NCBI GenBank assembly: GCA_947589735.1
Contig: CANQCR010000001.1
Coordinates: 95,809-159,808 of the forward strand
Length of the DNA stretch: 64,000 nt
Direction of reading: 5' to 3'
Source: an uncultured Bacilli bacterium
GTDB taxonomy: Bacteria > Bacillota_I > Bacilli_A > RF39 > UBA660
A model generated the notes under the pieces. The model saw nothing but the letters and a program-made list of their open reading frames with translations. It was not told the DNA's origin and made no database searches. Every line of letters begins with the position of its first letter. Positions within the stretch are counted from its first letter, which is position 1. A program made the position numbers and the translations under genes. Below are positions 8,717-18,978 of the stretch, in pieces.

Positions 8717-11254
8717 CTACTTTGGTAACAAATCTTTTAACTCGGTTAAGAGACTTAGTGCTTCCATTGGGGTTGTATTCATCGGATCAATTTCTTTAAG
8801 ACGTTCTTCAACTTTTGATGATGTATTTAAAATAAGATCATCAAGTGGTAGAGCCTCTTGAACTTTAATATCTCTTTTGGCTTCTTTAGCCTCATATACT
8901 TTTAAAATAGTTGAAGCCCGGTTAATAAGCTTAGATGGTAAAGATGCTAATTTAGCAACATGAATACCATAACTCTTATCAACGCTACCTTCTTCTATCT
9001 TATGAAGGAAAGTAATCTCACCATTCTCTTCATGAGCTGCGACATGAATATTTTTAAGATTTTCTAAAGTATCTTCCAAATCCGTTAATTCATGGTAGTG
9101 AGTTGAAAACAAAGTCTTACATTTGATATGGTCATGAATATATTCAATGATAGCTTGCGCTAAGGCCATACCATCAAAAGTAGCTGTACCTCTTCCTAAT
9201 TCATCAAATAAAACTAAACTATTACTTGTAGCATTACTAATAGCATAGTTAGCTTCTTTCATCTCCACCATAAAGGTTGACTCGCCACTAACCAAGTCAT
9301 CACTAGCGCCAATTCTTGTATATATCGCATCAAAGATAGGTAAAATAGCTTCTTTAGCAGGAACGAAACAACCGATTTGGGCCATAATAACCGTTATCGC
9401 TAGTTGCCGCATATAAGTACTTTTACCAGCCATATTAGGTCCCGTAATAAGTTCGATATTGGTCTTTTTATCCATAATGATATCATTACATACATATTCA
9501 CTATCCAAGACTTTTTCCACAACCGCATGGCGATTAGCTGTTAAATAGATTTCTCTTTCATCAGTTATGGTTGGTCTTATGTAATTATTTTCTTCACTAA
9601 CGGTTGCAAAAGACTGTAAGACATCAATCTCACTAATCGTTCTAGATATCGCTTGAAGTCTTGGTATATATGCTTTTACTTTTTCTCTGATATCTGTAAA
9701 TAAATTATATTCTAATTCAATAATGCGCTCTTCAGCATTAAGAATTAAAGCTTCCTTTTCTTTTAAAATCGGACTGATATAACGTTCACAGTTACTTAAG
9801 GTTTGCTTTCTTTCATACCCATATTCTTCTTTAACTTGACTAGTAGCGCCTTTGGATACTTCAATATAGTAGCCAAAAACTTTATTGTAGCCAACTCTTA
9901 GATTTTTTATTCCTGTCCTTTCCCTTTCGGAAGCTTCGAACTTAGCAACAAAGTCTTTACCACCCTTACGAAGTGATTTTAATTCATCAAGTTCACTATT
10001 ATATCCTTCTTTAATTAAGTATCCTTCTTTTAAACCAACGGGAGGATTCTCATAGATACTTTGTTCTAATAAGTTATACAAATCATCTAGCGTTTCAATA
10101 TTTTGATATTTTAAGGCTGATAAAATAACGCTAATATCAGGTAAAACCTTAAGACTTGATTTTAACTGTAGTAAGTCTCTAGCATTCGCATTACCAAAAG
10201 CAACCCGGCCTGATAATCTTTCTAAATCATATACTTCATACAATAGATTTTTTAAGTCTTCTCTTAAGATAAACTCTTTCATTAAAGATTCGACAATGTC
10301 ATAACGAGCATTAATTTCATCTTTATTGATAAGTGGATTTTCAATATAACTTTTAAGCATTCTCGCACCCATCGCGGTTTTGGTTTTATCTAAAACCCAA
10401 ATAAGTGAATAGTTACGTTGTTTTAATCTTAAGGTCTCCGTAAGTTCAAGATTCCTTTTGGTATGAATATCCATCTTTAAGACATTTTTATTTTCTTTAA
10501 CAATTGCCTTTTGAATATGGGATAAAGAACGCATTTGTGTTTTCGTTATATAAGCTAGTAGATGTTTAATAACTCTTACTAAGCGTTCATCTTGAATATC
10601 TTCATAGACATAAGGATATGATGTTTCTTCTTCATCGGTACTGATACTGATGACAATCTTAAATTGATTTTTTAGAATATTGGTAATACTACTATCTAAC
10701 TTCGTATCGGTAACAATTTCTTTTAAATCTAAAGAGACAATTTCACTTACTAAGTTACTAGCATTATGACTTAATAAAGTAGCATAAAGAATACCTGTCG
10801 TTATATCCATATAACTTAAGGCATAAGCATTGCCAACATCGATAACACTACCAATATAGTTGAAATCATTTTCGGGTAAAGATTCACCTAACGTCATCGT
10901 CCCTTTACTGATAATTTGAATAAGGCCACGATCAACAAGCCCCTTAGCTAAAGCGGGATCTTCTAATTGTTCACATATTCCTACTTTATATCCTTTGTCA
11001 ACTAATTTTTCGATATAGACATTAACAGCATGATGTGGCACACCACACATTGGGACTCTTTCTTCTAACCCGGCACTTCTTCCTGTTAAAGTAAGTTCCA
11101 GTTCTCGTGATACCATAACGGCATCTTCAAAGAACACTTCATAGAAGTCACCTAAACGAAACAAAATAATAACATCGGGATTAGATTTTTTAATATCAAT
11201 ATATTGTCGCATCATCGGCGTAATTTTATTTAAATCAACATCCGCCATCTTCAT
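8717..11254 (-). CDS. mutS: DNA mismatch repair protein MutS
   Basis: TPMMRQY, FRLGDFYEVF, ITGPNMAGKSTYMRQ, DELGRGT, FSTHYHEL. Confidence 0.95.
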   Translation of the reverse strand: MKMADVDLNKITPMMRQYIDIKKSNPDVIILFRLGDFYEVFFEDAVMVSRELELTLTGRSAGLEERVPMCGVPHHAVNVYIEKLVDKGYKVGICEQLEDPALAKGLVDRGLIQIISKGTMTLGESLPENDFNYIGSVIDVGNAYALSYMDITTGILYATLLSHNASNLVSEIVSLDLKEIVTDTKLDSSITNILKNQFKIVISISTDEEETSYPYVYEDIQDERLVRVIKHLLAYITKTQMRSLSHIQKAIVKENKNVLKMDIHTKRNLELTETLRLKQRNYSLIWVLDKTKTAMGARMLKSYIENPLINKDEINARYDIVESLMKEFILREDLKNLLYEVYDLERLSGRVAFGNANARDLLQLKSSLKVLPDISVILSALKYQNIETLDDLYNLLEQSIYENPPVGLKEGYLIKEGYNSELDELKSLRKGGKDFVAKFEASERERTGIKNLRVGYNKVFGYYIEVSKGATSQVKEEYGYERKQTLSNCERYISPILKEKEALILNAEERIIELEYNLFTDIREKVKAYIPRLQAISRTISEIDVLQSFATVSEENNYIRPTITDEREIYLTANRHAVVEKVLDSEYVCNDIIMDKKTNIELITGPNMAGKSTYMRQLAITVIMAQIGCFVPAKEAILPIFDAIYTRIGASDDLVSGESTFMVEMKEANYAISNATSNSLVLFDELGRGTATFDGMALAQAIIEYIHDHIKCKTLFSTHYHELTDLEDTLENLKNIHVAAHEENGEITFLHKIEEGSVDKSYGIHVAKLASLPSKLINRASTILKVYEAKEAKRDIKVQEALPLDDLILNTSSKVEERLKEIDPMNTTPMEALSLLTELKDLLPK

Positions 11255-11297
11255 ACTACCACCAATGTTTATTTTAACACAAAAAATAGACAAAAGT

Positions 11298-12329
11298 CTA
11301 TTTTTTCATTATCTTATCCTCCAAGTATTTTAGTGCATCTTCAAATGTTTCAACCTTAACAATATCGATGCCGTAGCCTTTTTCTTTCTTTAATTTCATT
11401 GCCTCATCATAGTTTTCAAAAGCGGGAGCGAAAAAGACATCAGCTTTATCTTTAACAGCTCCTTTTAATTTATATTCAATGCCACCAACGGCGCCGACAT
11501 TACCATCCGTATCAAGGGTGCCGGTTCCCGCAATTGTCTTGCCACCGGTTATATCATCTTTAACAAGACTATTATAAACGGCTAAAGAAATCATGAGGCC
11601 CCCACTTGGACCATACTCAAGGTCATTAAAAGTAAAATCATACTCAGGATCTGTTTCTAATTCATATTCAACACCGATTTGAACACCAATTACGGGTTGA
11701 TCATCCTCGCCCGTATAAACTATTTTTCTTGTATACTCTTGGCCATCATTGATAACTTTAACTGTTGAAGTATCACCAATTTTCTTTTTAGCAATAAAAG
11801 TACCTAATTCATCATAATTATTTACTTCAAAATCATCAATCGTAATTATTTGATCCCCAACTTCAAGGTCACTATTACTATCTTCAAACTTATAGATAAC
11901 GTAACATTTCTCGTTTTTTATTTCCACCTTTTTATCAGCTTTCTGATAGGCATACATAATAGCCGTCGTGTAAGACTGATGCATTAGAATACTCTGCCTT
12001 ATTAAATCGGTTTCATAAGTTAGAGTTCCAACATTAGCATCAGATTTAGGATTAATCGTCCAATCAGGATGTAATTTGGCCATAATAAGGACAGGAATAG
12101 TCCCTCTTAGCTCACTGACATAAGTTAAATTGATAGTTCCTTTCGCTTTATAAGCATCATCAACTTTAACTTTATCATTAATATTATCTAGGCCACCAGG
12201 TCTATCAACATAATAGGGAAACTCATAAAAGCAAACAAAAAAAGTTACAATTAAAACAAGAGCATTAATAAAAATAGCTTTTAAAGGTATATACTTATCT
12301 TTTTCCGTTATATCTTCATTATCTTTCAT
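11298..12329 (-). CDS. Membrane-anchored PDZ-domain Lon-like (S16) protease, YlbL/SepM family
   Basis: N-terminal TM, PDZ-like LEVGDQIITID, GPSGGL (catalytic Ser), IAGTGTL, VGGIEYK (catalytic Lys). Confidence 0.85.
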   Translation of the reverse strand: MKDNEDITEKDKYIPLKAIFINALVLIVTFFVCFYEFPYYVDRPGGLDNINDKVKVDDAYKAKGTINLTYVSELRGTIPVLIMAKLHPDWTINPKSDANVGTLTYETDLIRQSILMHQSYTTAIMYAYQKADKKVEIKNEKCYVIYKFEDSNSDLEVGDQIITIDDFEVNNYDELGTFIAKKKIGDTSTVKVINDGQEYTRKIVYTGEDDQPVIGVQIGVEYELETDPEYDFTFNDLEYGPSGGLMISLAVYNSLVKDDITGGKTIAGTGTLDTDGNVGAVGGIEYKLKGAVKDKADVFFAPAFENYDEAMKLKKEKGYGIDIVKVETFEDALKYLEDKIMKK

Positions 12330-12409
12330 AAATCACTACCCTTTAAAATAATAGCATATTTCTAAAAAAAAATATAGCCATCAAAAGGCTATATTTAATT
12401 ATTTCTATT

Positions 12410-13903
12410 TTATAGTTTTAATGTAAATACATTATCATCATAATCATAATACTCAGCCACTTCATTAGATTCAGCTGCAGGTTCTGGTTCTGGGGCTGGT
12501 TCTGAGTATGTCTCAGCTGGTGCTGAATATGTTTCTACTGCTGGAGCTGGAGCTGGTGCCGCAGGAGCTGAATATGTCTCAGTTGCTTGAGCTGCTGCTG
12601 GTGCCGCAGGTGCTGAATATGTTTCTGCTGCTGGAGCTGGTTCAGAGTATGTTTCTACAGGTGTAGACTCAATACTAGCTTCAACATCACCGGTCGTTGT
12701 AACATTATCACTTGTAACAGTAACTGTTCCGGCTGATGGTAACTCTTCAATTACAGAATCTACTTCACTAGCTTCAGTAACAGTATCTTGTGTTTCAGAA
12801 TAATCATCAAATGCTTCATCTACATAAGATTCAGTTGTTTCTTCAACTATTTCAGATTGAGCCTCTGGTGCAGCCTCATTTTGAACGACATTTCCAGGAA
12901 TCTCTTCTGGATGGGCAGCATACCAGTTATCATGAGCCTTTTGAGACTCCCACAATCCACCATCATATGGGCTAGTATAACCTTCAAAATCATCTTGTTG
13001 TTGTTCCTCTTGTGGTGTTGAAGTTTCTTGGTCAGATCCCAAATCTTCTTCATCTTGAGTTAAAGTATCATCGTTTGTAGGAATTTCTTCTGGATGCTCA
13101 GCATACCACGCATCATGTTCAGCTTGAGTCCTCCACAACTGTCCATCATATGGACTACGATATTCGCCATCAGTAGTCTCGTCCTTCTTTTCAGCGTCTA
13201 CCCATGAGTTAAGATCTTCTTCAGATTCATAATAATCGCCATTTTCATCTTGTGGTAAATCAAGATCTGGTTCCTCTGGTAGTGGAGTAACATCAGGTTC
13301 AGGAGTTACAACAATATCACCATCACCTGTACCATAGTCATTATCTTCTTCATCGATTACACCTTGCATTGTTTCAAGGTAGGCTTCTTTGCTTGTCCAA
13401 ACACTTCCATCTGGAGCAGTATAAAGTCCTAGTGATGCAGCATATTGTTCTTGAGTCATACCATCATCTGGAATGAACTCTTTTTCAACATAATAGTTAC
13501 CTGGGTCACCATTACTTCCATCATACCAATTGCCAGAGCCACCAGTATAACTACCAGATGTACCACTATAAGTAACACTATCGGAAGCACCTAAATCTGG
13601 TTCCTCTTCTTCATTAACCAAATCCACGTTTTCAACACCTAATTGATCAGCTAAAAACTCATATTGGGATTCAGGTGTTTCCTCTTCTGGAACAATATCA
13701 ACATATGCTGTTTGTGGTGGAGTAAGTTGTGAAGCGTCCTCTTTCGTATCATCTTTTTGACCACAACCGGCTAAAAGAGTTGCGATAAGAACAGCTGTAA
13801 TACTTCCTTGCGCAAGATCAGCTTTAAGCTTACCAGTTTGTAAACGCCATTTTCTACCCAAAGTTTTTTTGATACTTTTCATATTTCTATATAAAAATTT
13901 CAT
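12410..13903 (-). CDS. Highly acidic putative lipoprotein with internal repeats
   Basis: Lipobox LAGC, RBS GGGGAG, repeated YxSPYDGxLW module, C-terminal ETYS(A/E)PA repeats; TTGACA/TATTAT promoter upstream. Confidence 0.7.
   Translation of the reverse strand: MKFLYRNMKSIKKTLGRKWRLQTGKLKADLAQGSITAVLIATLLAGCGQKDDTKEDASQLTPPQTAYVDIVPEEETPESQYEFLADQLGVENVDLVNEEEEPDLGASDSVTYSGTSGSYTGGSGNWYDGSNGDPGNYYVEKEFIPDDGMTQEQYAASLGLYTAPDGSVWTSKEAYLETMQGVIDEEDNDYGTGDGDIVVTPEPDVTPLPEEPDLDLPQDENGDYYESEEDLNSWVDAEKKDETTDGEYRSPYDGQLWRTQAEHDAWYAEHPEEIPTNDDTLTQDEEDLGSDQETSTPQEEQQQDDFEGYTSPYDGGLWESQKAHDNWYAAHPEEIPGNVVQNEAAPEAQSEIVEETTESYVDEAFDDYSETQDTVTEASEVDSVIEELPSAGTVTVTSDNVTTTGDVEASIESTPVETYSEPAPAAETYSAPAAPAAAQATETYSAPAAPAPAPAVETYSAPAETYSEPAPEPEPAAESNEVAEYYDYDDNVFTLKL
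12478..12665 (-). repeat. Imperfect coding tandem repeats (ETYS[AE]PA[AP]PA)
   Basis: Recurring gctgaatatgtttc / ggagctgg units; five ETYS motifs in the protein. Confidence 0.8.
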
Positions 13904-13993
13904 AATAACTCCCCTTTCTTTATGAGATGTTGCCTATAATAGCACTTTTTTTGGGTTTTGTCAATTTCAAAATTCTTTTAAATATAATTAATT

Positions 13994-14860
13994 ATGGTAA
14001 GAAAAATTAGTTTAATCATCATCATAATTTTAACAGTTCTCATTTTTAGAAATTATCCAACCATTAGAGATAACATCATCATGTCATGCGAACTATTTCT
14101 AAATCGAATTTTTCCATCACTCTTTCCTATGTTTATTATATCATCTATTCTCATAAATCTCAATTTTATTTTTTATATTAAGTTAATTTTCCATAATTTA
14201 CTGACGAAATTATTTAAAATTGATGAAAATACAACCTTTATTTTTCTTATGAGTATCATATCTGGTTGTCCTAGTAATGCGAAAATAGCGAAAGAAATGT
14301 ATGAAGATGAAATGATTGATAGAAACGCCGTTCAAAAAGTTATCCTCTTTTCGCATTTTACTAATCCCCTTTTTGTTATCAGTATGGTTAAGTACCATCC
14401 ATATTTAGTTCTTTTTGCGCATTATTTTAGTAACATCATCATCGGATTTAGTGTAAGGAAAAAATATATTAGTGAAAAAAGGCAGCATCCTCTTTCCTAT
14501 CAAAAAAAGCCTTTTGGTGAAATATTAACGACTTCAATTAATAATGCTATGACAACCCTTTTATTTATTTTAGGAACAATTGTTACCTTTTATATCATCA
14601 CATCTATCATTAATCATCCCATCGCTAGTCTTTTTATAGAAATATCACAAGGACTAAATTATTTAAATAGTCTTTCTTTAAGTATCAAAGCCCAAACTAT
14701 TTTATCAGGAGTATTATTATCCTTTGGGGGCTGGTGTATTCATTTTCAAGTATATGGTATTTTAAGTAATTTAAAAATTAAATATCTTCCCTACCTTTTA
14801 GCTAGAATAGCCCAAGCTTTACTAACCGCCGTTATTATTTTATTGTTTATTCCTAAATAA
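13994..14860 (+). CDS. ylbJ: Sporulation integral membrane protein YlbJ-like
   Basis: FPSLFPMFIIS, SIISGCPSNAK, NPLF, FIEISQG, SFGGWCIHFQV; multiple TM helices. Confidence 0.8.
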   Translation: MVRKISLIIIIILTVLIFRNYPTIRDNIIMSCELFLNRIFPSLFPMFIISSILINLNFIFYIKLIFHNLLTKLFKIDENTTFIFLMSIISGCPSNAKIAKEMYEDEMIDRNAVQKVILFSHFTNPLFVISMVKYHPYLVLFAHYFSNIIIGFSVRKKYISEKRQHPLSYQKKPFGEILTTSINNAMTTLLFILGTIVTFYIITSIINHPIASLFIEISQGLNYLNSLSLSIKAQTILSGVLLSFGGWCIHFQVYGILSNLKIKYLPYLLARIAQALLTAVIILLFIPK

Positions 14861-14904
14861 ACATTTTAGATTATTGTCATATAATATTTTAGTAAGGAGG
14901 CAGC

Positions 14905-15198
14905 ATGAATTTCTATAACCCTTATTTATATTCTATGCCCGTTGAGGCAGCCGCACCAAGTTTACTGAGTAGATTTAGTTTTTCATCGCTTATTAATGGC
15001 GCTAGTAGAACTTTAAATCTTGTCAATCAAGCTATTCCCGTTGTTAAACAAATGTCACCGATGATGAAAAACTTAAAAACGATGTTTAACGTTATGAATG
15101 AGTTTAAAAAAGCGGATATTGAAAATAGTATTCAAAGTATTGAAGAAGCCAATAATATTGTAAGAACCTCTAGTGACGGTCCTACTTTCTTCATCTAA
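14905..15198 (+). CDS. YqfQ/VrrA-family small protein
   Basis: SRTLNLVNQAIPVVKQMSPMMKN, C-terminal GPTFF; TAAGGAGG RBS; CATATAAT -10 upstream. Confidence 0.65.
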   Translation: MNFYNPYLYSMPVEAAAPSLLSRFSFSSLINGASRTLNLVNQAIPVVKQMSPMMKNLKTMFNVMNEFKKADIENSIQSIEEANNIVRTSSDGPTFFI

Positions 15199-15215
15199 AA
15201 AAGGAAAAGATATGT

Positions 15216-15860
15216 TTAATCTTTTCCTTTTTCAATTAATTTTTCTAGCTTGTTAATTTCTTTTTGATTTTTAAAACGAACCCGAAAAGAACTATTATCT
15301 AATTCTTTTTTAATATTAATAAGTTTTTCTAATTCATAAAGCAAATAAGTATGATCTTCACGAACGATAGGTCCATACTGATAATCTAACTTGGAATATT
15401 TTCTTTTTCCACGTTCAAAAAGAATAATGACATATCCTTTATCATAGTCGTTGATAAACTTTTCATCAGTTATAATAAAACCTAAAGAAACAACAAAACG
15501 TCTTAACTCTTCTAAATGATTATGCGTAGCAATAACTAAGTGATCACTTAATTTCTTACCCGTTAAAATCTTTTTTATCGTAGCCGTTCCCATTCCCGCT
15601 AAAACGATATAATCATCTTTTTCTAAAGGGATATTATCTAGTCCATTACTAACGATAGTTTTAACATTGGACTTATACTTTTGAATATTTAAATTGGCTC
15701 CTGAAATAGCTTTTTCATTAACATCACTAGCTAGACAAGTACAATCTTTTTCATTAGAAAGATAGATGGATAAAAGAGCATGATCGCAACCTACATCAAT
15801 AACATGACTATGACTTGGAATCATATCCGCAATCGTTTTTAATCTTTTAGATATATGCAC
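15216..15860 (-). CDS. trmK: tRNA (adenine22-N1)-methyltransferase
   Basis: SKRL, DVGCDHALL, VSNGL, IVLAGMG; canonical position after rpoD. Confidence 0.88.
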   Translation of the reverse strand: MHISKRLKTIADMIPSHSHVIDVGCDHALLSIYLSNEKDCTCLASDVNEKAISGANLNIQKYKSNVKTIVSNGLDNIPLEKDDYIVLAGMGTATIKKILTGKKLSDHLVIATHNHLEELRRFVVSLGFIITDEKFINDYDKGYVIILFERGKRKYSKLDYQYGPIVREDHTYLLYELEKLINIKKELDNSSFRVRFKNQKEINKLEKLIEKGKD

Positions 15861-16939
15861 TATTCACCTATATAATCACGCAATTTACGGCTTCTTGATG
15901 GATGACGTAATTTACGTAAAGCTTTAGCTTCAATTTGACGAATACGTTCCCTAGTTACTCCAAACATCTGACCTACTTCTTCAAGCGTTCTTGGTTTACC
16001 ATCTTCAAGGCCAAAACGCAAGCGAACAACTTTTTCTTCTCTTTCCGTTAACGTCTCTAAAACTTGGCTTATCTCATCTTTTAACATTTCATTAGTAGCG
16101 TATTCTTCTGGACTTAAACTACGTTCATCTTTGATAAAGTCCCCTAGATGAGAGTCATCTTCTTCACCGATTGGCGTTTCCAAACTAACAGGATCTTGAC
16201 TAATTTTATAAATCTCACGAATCTTATCAACGCTAGTATTCATCTTTTTAGCTAATTCCTCTTCCGTTGGTTCCCGGTTTAATTCAAGCGTTAATTGTCG
16301 TTGAACACGCGCTAATTTGTTAATTGTTTCAACCATATGAACAGGAACTCGGATGGTTCTTGCTTGATCGGCTATAGCTCTTGTAATCGCCTGACGAATC
16401 CACCATGTCGCATAAGTTGAAAACTTATAACCTTTTGATACATCAAACTTATCAACGGCTTTCATAAGACCAATATTACCTTCTTGAATTAAATCCAAAA
16501 AAAGCATACCTCGGCCAACATATCTTTTAGCAATACTAACAACTAAACGAAGGTTAGCTTCAGCTAAAGTATTTTTGGCTTCATTATCACCAGCCATAAT
16601 CTTGTCAGCTAAAGCTGATTCTTCTTCAAGCGTCAATAATTTAATTTGACCAATCTCTTTTAAATACATCCGAACCGGATCATTGATAGTTAAATCTTTG
16701 GTTAGAGTTGAATCATCAAGTAATAACTTATCGCCTTCACCTTCCGTATCATCTTCCTCAGAAACAATGGCAATATTATTTTGACTAAAAGTATTATATA
16801 AATCATCTAGTGAATCAGAATCAAGTTCTAGTCCTTTTAAAGATTTAGCTAACGCTTCATAGGTAATAAATCCTTTTTCCTTACCTTGTTTTACTAATTC
16901 TTCTTTTCTTTCATCAAATGTTTTAATTTCATCAATCAT
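15860..16939 (-). CDS. rpoD: Primary sigma factor SigA/RpoD
   Basis: [62 protein letters not shown]; start set at ATG 16939 behind AAGGAG. Confidence 0.97.
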   Translation of the reverse strand: MIDEIKTFDERKEELVKQGKEKGFITYEALAKSLKGLELDSDSLDDLYNTFSQNNIAIVSEEDDTEGEGDKLLLDDSTLTKDLTINDPVRMYLKEIGQIKLLTLEEESALADKIMAGDNEAKNTLAEANLRLVVSIAKRYVGRGMLFLDLIQEGNIGLMKAVDKFDVSKGYKFSTYATWWIRQAITRAIADQARTIRVPVHMVETINKLARVQRQLTLELNREPTEEELAKKMNTSVDKIREIYKISQDPVSLETPIGEEDDSHLGDFIKDERSLSPEEYATNEMLKDEISQVLETLTEREEKVVRLRFGLEDGKPRTLEEVGQMFGVTRERIRQIEAKALRKLRHPSRSRKLRDYIGE

Positions 16940-18671
16940 TTTCTTCACTCCTTAATTTATCGGCAATCAATTTATTACCTAAAGCTAATTTCGCATCATA
17001 ATCGATAGCTTGATACAATTGTTGTTGATATTTACTACGTTCTTCTTTTTGACTTTCCATTTGAATATTTTTTATATAATCATCAATCGCATTAGGGCTA
17101 AAGGAAGATGAATCTAACACCTCAATTTCCCCTAGTGTTTTAAGCAAATCATCATCACCCGTTAATTCGGTCATCAAATCAGCGATAGCAATATAACCAT
17201 ACTTTTTATAAAAAGCACTTATTTGAAAAGCTAGGCTACGATAATTTTTATCGGGAATATATAAATGACTCTTATCATACTTTTTAATGACATCAATATC
17301 TTTTAACATATAATAAATAAGAGCATTTAAAGATTCCTTGTAACGACGATTCTTGGGGGATACTTTCTTTGGTGTTGGAAGCTTCAAATCTTTCGTGGGC
17401 GTTAGTTTAGCTAGAATCGTCTCTTTATCAAGACCTGATTCTTTAACTAAACGATTGATTGTTACACTTCTTAAAATATCATCATCAATCGCGTTAATCT
17501 CTGATATCATCGCATTAACATAATTAGCAAGGCCTTCGGCCGTACTTAGATTCGTCTCACTTTTAATTAAAAGGGCTTTAAACTCCATAACATCATAGGC
17601 TTTATCTAATAATTCTTGAAACTTATCTTTGCCCTCTTTTGAAATAAACTCATCCGGATCTTCATCATTAGGGATTCTTACAATTTTAGGATTAATTCCA
17701 ACTTTTTGTAATTCACTAATCGCCAGCTTAGTAGCTTTTAAGCCAGCCGCATCACCATCAAAGCATAAAATAACATTAGATGACAAACGTTTAATAAGAT
17801 TGCTCTGAGATGAGCCAAAAGCTGTTCCTAAGGTCGCTACAACATTATTAATACCAACGCTATAAGCACGAATAACATCCATTGGTCCTTCCATGATAAT
17901 AATTTCTTTTTTAGCACGAGCAGCATCTTTAGCACGATGATAATTATATAGGAAATCACGCTTTTTAAAGATATCTGTCTCTTTGGAGTTAACATATTTA
18001 TTAGTTATATCGCCTTCATAGGCTCGTCCATTATAACCAATTACGTGGCCATAAATATCATGCAAAGGAAACATAATACGGTGACGATATATGTCATACA
18101 AGCCATCGTCATTGGCATTAGCAAGACCACTTTTTAAAATGTCTTTATCCGTAAAACCTTTCTTTTCTAAAAGTTTAACTAACATATTATAATCATCTAA
18201 AGAAAGGCCAATATCAAAAGTCTTTATCGCATCATCAGTGATATCTCGCTTTGTTAAATAATCACGCGCGCTAGCACCTTCTTTAGTTTTTAAATTATTT
18301 TGATAAAACTTTTGACTAAGTTCATACATTTCATATAAGTTTTTATTTTTATTATTGGCTAAATAATCATCATTAGGTTTTATATCAAGTGTAACCCCAC
18401 ACATATCAGCACACTTTTTAACAGCTTCAAGAAAAGATATATGTTCAAAGTTTTGAATAAAATGAAACACATTACCGGTAGCGCCACAAGAAAAGCATGT
18501 ATATATTTGTTTTTCTTTAGAAACACTCATACTTGGTGAATGATCATCATGAAAAGGACATACACCAAAATAATTTTTACCACGCATAGAAAGAGGTACA
18601 TAACTTGAAATGACTTCAACGATGTCAACTTTATTTTTTATTTCATTAATTAAAGTATTATCAAGTCGCAT
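16932..18671 (-). CDS. dnaG: DNA primase
   Basis: CPFH..C..C zinc finger, [25 protein letters not shown] / [12 protein letters not shown]. Confidence 0.96.
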   Translation of the reverse strand: MRLDNTLINEIKNKVDIVEVISSYVPLSMRGKNYFGVCPFHDDHSPSMSVSKEKQIYTCFSCGATGNVFHFIQNFEHISFLEAVKKCADMCGVTLDIKPNDDYLANNKNKNLYEMYELSQKFYQNNLKTKEGASARDYLTKRDITDDAIKTFDIGLSLDDYNMLVKLLEKKGFTDKDILKSGLANANDDGLYDIYRHRIMFPLHDIYGHVIGYNGRAYEGDITNKYVNSKETDIFKKRDFLYNYHRAKDAARAKKEIIIMEGPMDVIRAYSVGINNVVATLGTAFGSSQSNLIKRLSSNVILCFDGDAAGLKATKLAISELQKVGINPKIVRIPNDEDPDEFISKEGKDKFQELLDKAYDVMEFKALLIKSETNLSTAEGLANYVNAMISEINAIDDDILRSVTINRLVKESGLDKETILAKLTPTKDLKLPTPKKVSPKNRRYKESLNALIYYMLKDIDVIKKYDKSHLYIPDKNYRSLAFQISAFYKKYGYIAIADLMTELTGDDDLLKTLGEIEVLDSSSFSPNAIDDYIKNIQMESQKEERSKYQQQLYQAIDYDAKLALGNKLIADKLRSEEND

Positions 18672-18857
18672 AGCATCACTTCCTAAAATAACATTTCCAA
18701 TAATAATATACGATGAAAATGAATCATTTCCTTTTTTTAAACACTATTTTTTTACATTTTTTGAAAATTAGGAGTATATTTTTCCCAAATTAGTCCATAT
18801 TATAACACATTTTTTAAAAAATGGATAAAAAAGAGAACTATAAAAGTTCTCCATCTA

Positions 18858-18944
18858 TATAAAAACGCTAATACGCGATTAGCGTACGCTAAAATTAGGC
18901 TAATGTTAAAAATAATTATCTATTTTTAATATATCCTAATCTTT
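18858..18944 (-). ncRNA. Candidate structured small RNA in the comEC-dnaG intergenic region
   Basis: Long imperfect hairpin (18891-18944) followed by a perfect 8-bp hairpin with a U-tract; CATATAAT -10 just upstream; no ORF. Confidence 0.35.
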
Positions 18945-18978
18945 CATATTATATGCATTATTAAGTTTATAGTGCAGT

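Noticed and set aside
12478-12665. Regularly spaced repeats as a possible CRISPR array
   Set aside because: Repeats are in-frame, degenerate at wobble positions, lack unique spacers, and no cas genes are present.
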